From Candidatus Bathyarchaeia archaeon (GTDB lineage: Archaea; Thermoproteota; Bathyarchaeia; Bathyarchaeales; Bathycorpusculaceae), in contig JBEKOM010000004.1 in assembly GCA_049521795.1 (NCBI GenBank), positions 32,001-96,000 of the forward strand: 64,000 nt of DNA. Direction: 5' to 3'. Positions 57,857 to 64,000 of this stretch are shown one piece after another; within the stretch, counting starts at the first letter, position 1; each line of letters begins with the position of its first letter. The notes beneath the pieces were generated by a model that saw nothing but the letters and a program-made list of their open reading frames with translations, was not told the DNA's origin and searched no databases. The translations under genes and the position numbers were made by a program.

Positions 57857-59002
57857 ACGGGTTCGTCACAGACGTTTACTATAAAGTACGTTATAAACGC
57901 TAAATTCGAAATTGAAGGTGTAGTTGAAAAGCCGGATGTCATCGGAGCTGTTTTCGGGCAGACGGAAGGTCTTTTCGGGCCGGAGCTTGACCTTAGAGAA
58001 CTTCAAAAGTCAGGCAGAATCGGAAGAATAGAGATTGAACTTCACTCTAAACAGGACAAGACAACGGGCAACATAACCATTCCAACAAGCTTGGACAGAG
58101 TCTCCACGGCTCTGATCGCTTCAAGCATAGAAAGCATAAACAGAGTGGGGCCCTGCGCTTCAAAGGTTACCCTTGAAAAAATCGAGGATGTCAGAGAAGC
58201 GCGGAGAAAAATCATAATCGACAGAGCAAAAGAGATTCTTCACAAGTGGACGATTGAATCCATGCCCTCGGTCGACGAAGTGTTCAAAGAAGTCTCGGAA
58301 ACCCTGAAGCTCGGTAAGGTTGAGAAGTACGGGCCTGAGGAACTTCCAGCTGGACCTGGGCTTGAAAGCGCAAAGGAAATAGTCGTTGTTGAGGGCAGAG
58401 CGGACATCATAAACCTGATGCGATGCGGACTGTTGAACACGGTGGCGTTGGAAGGGGCAAAGGTTCCTGAGGCAATAAAGACGCTCTGCAAGGAAAAAGA
58501 AGCCACAGCCCTCCTCGACGGAGACAGGGGCGGAGACTTGATCCTGAAGGAACTGCAGCAGGTAACGGACGTGAAATACATTGCCAGGGCGCCAAGGGGA
58601 AAAGAAGTTGAAGAATTGAACTGCAAAGAAATCTTTGACGCGTTGGCGGCGAAGGTTCCTATTCTGGAACAGTTCAAACCGCCGAAGAAAGAAAAGCTGA
58701 AGGCTGAGGTTCCCAAAGAAATAGTTGAAACGATAAAGACGCTTGAGGGCACTTTAGAGGCAGTTCTTTTGAACGACAAGCTTGAACAGGTAGAACGATT
58801 GCCTGTGAACCAGCTTGCCGAAAAACTTCAGCAGGCAGAAGGGGTGGACACGGTCGTCTTCGACGGCATCATAACGCAGAGGATCGTCGACGTTGCAAGC
58901 GAGAAAAACATAAAACGAATCATTGCTTCACGTCTATCAGACGCCGTAAAACCATCGTTGACAGTTCAGCTTGTAACCTTCCCGGACGTTGCAGAAGGCT
59001 AG
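57857..59002 (+). CDS. dnaG: Archaeal DnaG (primase-like, exosome-associated), apparently starting at a non-canonical codon
   Basis: The in-frame region upstream of the ORF-track start (58091) encodes the conserved N-terminus KY.I.A.FEIEGVVEKPDVIGAVFGQTEGL.G.ELDLRELQKSGRIGRI; Toprim VVEGRAD and DGDRGG motifs follow. Confidence 0.93.
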   Translation, partial: TGSSQTFTIKYVINAKFEIEGVVEKPDVIGAVFGQTEGLFGPELDLRELQKSGRIGRIEIELHSKQDKTTGNITIPTSLDRVSTALIASSIESINRVGPCASKVTLEKIEDVREARRKIIIDRAKEILHKWTIESMPSVDEVFKEVSETLKLGKVEKYGPEELPAGPGLESAKEIVVVEGRADIINLMRCGLLNTVALEGAKVPEAIKTLCKEKEATALLDGDRGGDLILKELQQVTDVKYIARAPRGKEVEELNCKEIFDALAAKVPILEQFKPPKKEKLKAEVPKEIVETIKTLEGTLEAVLLNDKLEQVERLPVNQLAEKLQQAEGVDTVVFDGIITQRIVDVASEKNIKRIIASRLSDAVKPSLTVQLVTFPDVAEG

Positions 59003-61383
59003 TTTCCAAAGAAATCTGAGAGTTTTCTAGTCTCTTTTTCGCCCCCTTTCGACTGCAAGAGTTGCTCTTCTGATATGCCGAAGCTTTCAAGGATCCTGGT
59101 TGCAGCTGGCACAACCTGCTTCGACACGTAGTACTCCAAGTCCACTTCGTCATACGAAGCGAGCATGTACGGTTTGACCCTTTCATAGAGCCGCCCCGTG
59201 CCCGTAACGATTACAAAACCGATCTTGTCGCCGACGGAAAGTTCCCAGCCCTTCGCCCTAAGCATTTTGGCGGCCTCAACGTGGGAAGCCTTAACCTCAT
59301 AATCTTCAGCAGGCTTGGTCAGCGTCTTCCAAATTATCAGGTCTCGGTAAGCAACACGCTTCTGCCTGAGCTCATAGATGAACTGCTGCACGAAATCGGC
59401 TGCCTTCTTGGGCGACTGTTCCTTCAAAATGATCTCTAAGACTTTTTCCTGCACCTTCTTTGCTATCGCCGCCCAGTCTCCGCGTACAACTTCCATACCG
59501 ACGATGTCAAGTCTCCCATCCGGTAAAAGACCAGCATACCGCTTCTTTGCTTCAGTGAAAAAAATGCGCACGTAGATCTCGTCAGGTTTGACTTCCAACC
59601 CCATTTTCTCCTTTATCTCTCGTGACAGTCTATCAATCTTTTCTGGCTGATTCTCAACAAAAATGCTGTCAGTGTCACCGTAGACGACCTTCAACTTCTC
59701 TTCTCTGGCCATTTCGATCGCTGTCATTATCGTGTGTCTTCCCCACGCAGCGGCTGCCTCAGCAACAGGCTTCACGTACCATCTGGCACCTATCCACCCA
59801 GCATAGCCATAGGAGGCGTTGGTTAAGATCTTCACGGCTTTCTGACGAGCATCTAAGACACGATACTCCACACTTCCCGGCTTGAGCTTACTCATTTTGG
59901 GCCGGATTTCGTCTCGAACTTCAATCAGGTAAGACAGAACCTCCTTGTAGAAGCCCGGAGGCTCCCTTCGGAACCTATGATTGACCTCAGGAGCTTCGTA
60001 TGTTCCGCCAGAAGGCAACGGATCATTGGGCGACACGTAGGTGTCCGGCGAGAGGTTATAGTTAATCATTAAGTTTGGGTACATTGATTTGAAGTCGAGG
60101 ACAGCGATGTTTTCGTGCAGCCCTGGCTCTGGCTGAAGCACCAAACCGCCCGCGTAGGACCTGTAGGGTTGCTCAACTCTCCTGGGCACGAGCTCGCCGA
60201 TCCCGTGAGTACGCTTTATGAGGAACCATTCCACCCGAAAGCCCGCAGCCGCTGTTCCAACATGGTCCATGGGCAATCCTACGAGATTGGAAAGCTGCAT
60301 GGCGAAGTCCAAAATCGCCTCTGCAATACCCACAATGCAACGGGTATTGTCTGCCGAAAACTTCGCCAAGATCTCGCGTTTGTCTTCACTGTCCCAGAAG
60401 TTTGGGAAGTCTATGTCTTCGATGATCTTTCGGTTCTCAATCTTCATGATACCCAAGTAATCGGCAAGGTTGGCCAGAGTCTTGACCTTTACCTCTGGAA
60501 ATTCCTCTGCATAATCTGCAAGGTCCAAGTTTGCCCTTCCAGTCAGCGAAACGTGACCGTACACACTCGTGTGAGGTTCAGTCTGAGTCCTGTCAACGTA
60601 CAAGTGTAATCCGAGCTTCTTGCATCTCTCTTTGAGAAAAGGCCAGTCTTGTCCATTGTTGCCGTAACCTACGATTATGTCTGGATCGAAGCTTCGAACA
60701 TACTCCGCAAAAGCCTCCAACACTGGCTTGTCGCTCTTGTCATCGCCGGCCAAGAACTGTTTATGTTCGTCTTTGTTGGTTGCGGTTGAAACAATTATCA
60801 CGGGATTTCTGTCTGGTTTAGGCGAACCCTCTCTGCTGTAGTAGATTGATGAAAAGCCCAGTATGCGCAAGGGTGGAGCTTCAACCTTTTCAAGAAGCTG
60901 CGGAAACGATTTTGCTGAGTAAACCTTGTCAATTCGAGCCTTGCTTTTGTTAGGTTCGCCAACCACTTCTGTTTCGTGCCATCCGCATGGAACAACGTTG
61001 TTGTCTATCATGTACCGCATGGTGTATCGAATGTCGTCTTCGAGACAGTCTTTGACGCCTTCGAGCTTTCGAAGAGCCTTCGCATAATCCTGCATAACAT
61101 CAGGATTCTTGCAGTAGACCTTCACGGTCCTAACGGGTTTTCCAAAAAACCTTCGCTCAACAATTTCAAGCTTCGAAACACAGGGAAAACGACCTTGATC
61201 AATTTCGTTAACGACCTTCTCAGGGTCTGCACCGTCTTCAATCACAGCGTAGAAGTACGAGGCAAAGTTCCTGTCTATGACAAGCACTCTTTCTCCAGAA
61301 GGGGTTACACCCCAGAGCCAGATTTCTGGAACCTCGTCTTTAACCTCGTAGTTCAAGTCTAAGAGCCAAAAAGTGACTTTCAT
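58999..61383 (-). CDS. polB: Family B DNA polymerase (PolB3-like) with degenerate 3'-5' exonuclease motifs
   Basis: Intact DFKSMYP, K...NASYGY, YGDTDS and KKRYAG motifs; N-terminal LLD..Y and EDDIRY..RY.ID. Confidence 0.95.
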   Translation of the reverse strand: MKVTFWLLDLNYEVKDEVPEIWLWGVTPSGERVLVIDRNFASYFYAVIEDGADPEKVVNEIDQGRFPCVSKLEIVERRFFGKPVRTVKVYCKNPDVMQDYAKALRKLEGVKDCLEDDIRYTMRYMIDNNVVPCGWHETEVVGEPNKSKARIDKVYSAKSFPQLLEKVEAPPLRILGFSSIYYSREGSPKPDRNPVIIVSTATNKDEHKQFLAGDDKSDKPVLEAFAEYVRSFDPDIIVGYGNNGQDWPFLKERCKKLGLHLYVDRTQTEPHTSVYGHVSLTGRANLDLADYAEEFPEVKVKTLANLADYLGIMKIENRKIIEDIDFPNFWDSEDKREILAKFSADNTRCIVGIAEAILDFAMQLSNLVGLPMDHVGTAAAGFRVEWFLIKRTHGIGELVPRRVEQPYRSYAGGLVLQPEPGLHENIAVLDFKSMYPNLMINYNLSPDTYVSPNDPLPSGGTYEAPEVNHRFRREPPGFYKEVLSYLIEVRDEIRPKMSKLKPGSVEYRVLDARQKAVKILTNASYGYAGWIGARWYVKPVAEAAAAWGRHTIMTAIEMAREEKLKVVYGDTDSIFVENQPEKIDRLSREIKEKMGLEVKPDEIYVRIFFTEAKKRYAGLLPDGRLDIVGMEVVRGDWAAIAKKVQEKVLEIILKEQSPKKAADFVQQFIYELRQKRVAYRDLIIWKTLTKPAEDYEVKASHVEAAKMLRAKGWELSVGDKIGFVIVTGTGRLYERVKPYMLASYDEVDLEYYVSKQVVPAATRILESFGISEEQLLQSKGGEKETRKLSDFFGN

Positions 61384-61497
61384 CGAAGATTCTCCAATCC
61401 TAGACTATCATTAGTGGATGAAAACATGCTTTTAAAGGCTTTAGATTCTGTGAAAATCCAAGAGCAAAGCGCATCTGAACGATTTCAAAAAGCTGAC

Positions 61498-63621
61498 TCA
61501 GACGTGCTTCTTGAGCAAGTCCACCACATCGGGGTAGTCTATTCCCAAAGCTTTCACTTTTTCGACTGTGGGCACGCCGTTTGGGTTCCATCCTCGTCTT
61601 GCGTAAACAGCGTCTTTCAGTCTTTCGTACTCCGTCTCTCTGTACTTCCTCAGGATAGCGATCTTCTCCTCGGTTGACTTCCCCTGAGGGCTGTAACCGA
61701 GCTTTTCCTTAAGTTGTTTATCGTAGCGTTCTGCTCTGCTTTCGTACTCTTCCTTGGTTGCTGGGCCTACAGCGCGGTAGGGTAACGTGTCATTCTGCCG
61801 TGTGCCGAAACCCATCCGAAGACTGAAGACTCGTTGAAAGTTGTAGACCCTCTCACTCATGAAGATCAAATCGTCTGGCGTGGTCTTCATACCCGTGACC
61901 GCTGAAAAAAACTTTGCATAGTTTTCGACGTGTGAAACAACCTTGGCCGGTTCTTTCGTCTTCTTGTTGTCCACTGGAACCACGTCGTTCCACGGAAGTT
62001 TGCAGAGGCCGTTCAGGCCAAACCAAGTGCGAAACATGGGGAACCAGTGCAGGTTTTCAGCCTTCTGCTCAAAGGTGGGCATCAAGTTGTGCACCATGTC
62101 TAAGAATATTAGCCAAGCCTCGTCGTGCTGAGGACCTTTCAGCGCAAGCCCGTAGCCGCCCTGCTGGGCTAGCGATTCCTTTGTCACATACTCCGAGAAC
62201 TCTAACCCTTTTGATTCCATGCCGATGTCCTGCAGAACCTTGGAGTCTGCGCCGTATTTCTCTGCGAAAAGCCTCTTCATCCGTTTGATTCCCTGTCCGA
62301 TCACGACGCCGAAGCCTACACCCTTCGCCATCTGATGAACCAATTCAAGAGCCGCTTCCTTGTTGCCGAACCTCAAGTCCAGACCCCCAGTCGCTTTCTT
62401 GTCGATGAGTCCCATCTCGTAGCATTCCATTGCAAAGGCGGTGGCTGTGCCCACTGAAATTGTGTCCAAACCGTACGTGTCGCAGTAGAAGTTCATCTCG
62501 ACAACATGGTCGGCATTGAATATTCCACAGTTGCTTCCCACACCGGCGATTGTTTCGTATTCTGGTCCGTTCACGAACACTTTCTGCCCCTTGTAGGGAC
62601 CTGTTTTAAGCTCAAAGTCTTTGATGCCGTGGGCGCATGACATTGCGCAGCCCATCCAGCAACCGTCAAAGCCTCTGTGGAACTTGTTTCTGTAGACTTC
62701 TCGCCCCAATTTCTCTGCTTCAGGGTTGCTGCCGAACCTGAAGTTGTTTATGGGAAGCAGGTCGAAGTCGTTCATTATCAGCACGAGATGGGTCGTGCCG
62801 ACAGAGGCCATTTCGTTTTGCGCGGGGTCAAGGTTTCGGATCTCCTGACTGTGAGCCGTGCCGACCTGTTTAACCATTTCGGGGTCAGCCGGGCCGTTTG
62901 TGTCCACTGAAATCTTGCCAGAGTACTTGACAGCTATTGCCTTCACTCTCTTGTTCCTTAGGACCGTGCCTATTCCCCCTCTGCCAGCCTGTTTGAACCT
63001 GTGGATCTTGCGTGCAGCGTCGTACCATGAGAGGTTGAGACATCCGAATCGCGTGTGCTCAGCGCCTGGACCAGAAGAAACTACTGATACGCATCGGCCG
63101 TTCTCTCCGCCATATTTCTTGGCCAAATAATCCGTGATCGGATAAGTCTCTGAGGGCAGTTGTGAGGCATTTTCAATCTGAACTTTGCCTTCGTCACCGT
63201 CGATTAGAACAATGACTTCAGACTGGGCTTTTCCCTGAATTTCAAGGGCATCCCATCCCGCAAACTTCAAGTAAGGCCCAAAGTATCCGCCGACGTTCGA
63301 ATCGACAACGGTGTCGGTCAACGGCGAAATCGAAACCGCTATGCTCTTTCCACTGCCCGGATAGACAGGGGTTCCCCCTAACGGACCGCATGCGATGCAG
63401 ATTTCGTTTTCAGGGTCGTCCCATTTGGCGATACGGTCTCTAGGCAAAGCATTCCAGAGAAGCCAGAGGTTGAAGCCGCGGCCGCCTGTGAATTTTTCCT
63501 TCATCTCTCGGCTGACTGGTTTGCTTACGACCTGCATGTTTGAGAGGTTTACGTACAAGGTTCTGTTGTTGTAGCCTCTTTCAACTTTGTTTAGCTTGTA
63601 CCTGAACTCGGCGATGACCAA
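61498..63621 (-). CDS. Aldehyde:ferredoxin oxidoreductase family (tungsten-pterin) enzyme
   Basis: GGRG, SP.T....DSN.GG.FG..LK.AG.D, AGRGG.G, KAIAV, C..GC...C, GPEYET, CD.YGLDTIS, Y..RGW...GVP. Start estimated at TTG 63621 (ORF track starts at 63687). Confidence 0.92.
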   Translation of the reverse strand: MVIAEFRYKLNKVERGYNNRTLYVNLSNMQVVSKPVSREMKEKFTGGRGFNLWLLWNALPRDRIAKWDDPENEICIACGPLGGTPVYPGSGKSIAVSISPLTDTVVDSNVGGYFGPYLKFAGWDALEIQGKAQSEVIVLIDGDEGKVQIENASQLPSETYPITDYLAKKYGGENGRCVSVVSSGPGAEHTRFGCLNLSWYDAARKIHRFKQAGRGGIGTVLRNKRVKAIAVKYSGKISVDTNGPADPEMVKQVGTAHSQEIRNLDPAQNEMASVGTTHLVLIMNDFDLLPINNFRFGSNPEAEKLGREVYRNKFHRGFDGCWMGCAMSCAHGIKDFELKTGPYKGQKVFVNGPEYETIAGVGSNCGIFNADHVVEMNFYCDTYGLDTISVGTATAFAMECYEMGLIDKKATGGLDLRFGNKEAALELVHQMAKGVGFGVVIGQGIKRMKRLFAEKYGADSKVLQDIGMESKGLEFSEYVTKESLAQQGGYGLALKGPQHDEAWLIFLDMVHNLMPTFEQKAENLHWFPMFRTWFGLNGLCKLPWNDVVPVDNKKTKEPAKVVSHVENYAKFFSAVTGMKTTPDDLIFMSERVYNFQRVFSLRMGFGTRQNDTLPYRAVGPATKEEYESRAERYDKQLKEKLGYSPQGKSTEEKIAILRKYRETEYERLKDAVYARRGWNPNGVPTVEKVKALGIDYPDVVDLLKKHV

Positions 63622-63829
63622 ACACGGCCACCTTACACGGTTTTGAAGCAAGAGCAACACGAGACGAACAAATAGCCTTTTCGACATGAAGTTACGAGTT
63701 TAGACCTCAAACCAAACCGATCCTCTAGCTTAAGGAACTGAATCGTTCGACCTCGTACTGCTTGATTTACACCTTTAATAGACGAAGAGATTATTGGATG
63801 CTGAACACCAAGCTTACAGGCTGAGAGTC

Positions 63830-64000
63830 TTGAGAATCCTGGAAATAAACCGTAAGAAAGAGTATGTGAAGATCATTCCAGAAACAGCGGATGATTTCTG
63901 GCATCTGTACAACGTTATCAGCAAAGATGACATGGTTTACGCTAGAACAACTCGAGAAATGAAGGCTGACGAGAAGTACGGGAGACCCAAGCGCGGAGAA
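63830..64000 (+). CDS. pelA: mRNA surveillance protein Pelota (5' part; runs off window)
   Basis: Manual translation from TTG 63830 gives MRILEINRKKEYVKIIPETADDFWHLYNVISKDDMVYARTTRE, with the PE..DD.WHL..+I..GD.V.A.T.R-type motif. Confidence 0.9.
   Translation, partial: MRILEINRKKEYVKIIPETADDFWHLYNVISKDDMVYARTTREMKADEKYGRPKRGE

Noticed and set aside
187-63130. Numerous 60-230 aa ORFs antisense to or overlapping well-supported genes (e.g. 28398-29084, 17539-18042, 58240-58779)
   Set aside because: Shadow ORFs with no motifs that overlap confidently identified genes.
1-64000. CRISPR array or cas genes
   Set aside because: No run of equal-length repeats with unique spacers. The repeats in tupB/tupC are in-frame coding duplications with only 2-3 copies.

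Overview
Archaeal chromosomal window, most consistent with a Bathyarchaeia-like TACK archaeon. This assignment is inferred from archaeal CCA-adding enzyme, PheRS/TyrRS/TrpRS, DnaG, PolB3, pelota, an unlinked 5S rRNA, a multi-intron tRNA and a dockerin-bearing surface protein. The layout is: (1) 1-4.9 kb, a conserved RNA-metabolism cluster (UPF0201, UPF0200, thpR, cca) plus uppP; (2) ~5-13.4 kb, an AT-richer defence-type island (PD-(D/E)xK-like protein, YaaA/DUF6884-like protein, type IIG-like restriction-modification fusion, nuclease-containing helicase IV); (3) 13.5-17.3 kb, a tungstate ABC transporter with a dockerin-fused binding protein and a ModE-TOBE regulator; (4) 17-47.8 kb, accessory metabolic and transport genes plus thrS and grpE-dnaK-dnaJ; (5) 47.9-64 kb, core information genes: a three-intron tRNA-Trp, 5S rRNA, map, trpS, pheST, tyrS, dnaG, polB, an AOR-family oxidoreductase and pelota. 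The strongest unexplained signals are an unannotated ~185-nt structured RNA candidate with K-turn-like motifs between pheT and tyrS, the three-intron tRNA-Trp with an intron-encoded C/D-type guide, dnaG lacking any canonical start codon, a possible nested molbindin start inside modE, a PolB with degenerate proofreading motifs, and recurrent intergenic (GC)3-4 tracts. All product calls come from recognising motifs by eye; no database searches were run.
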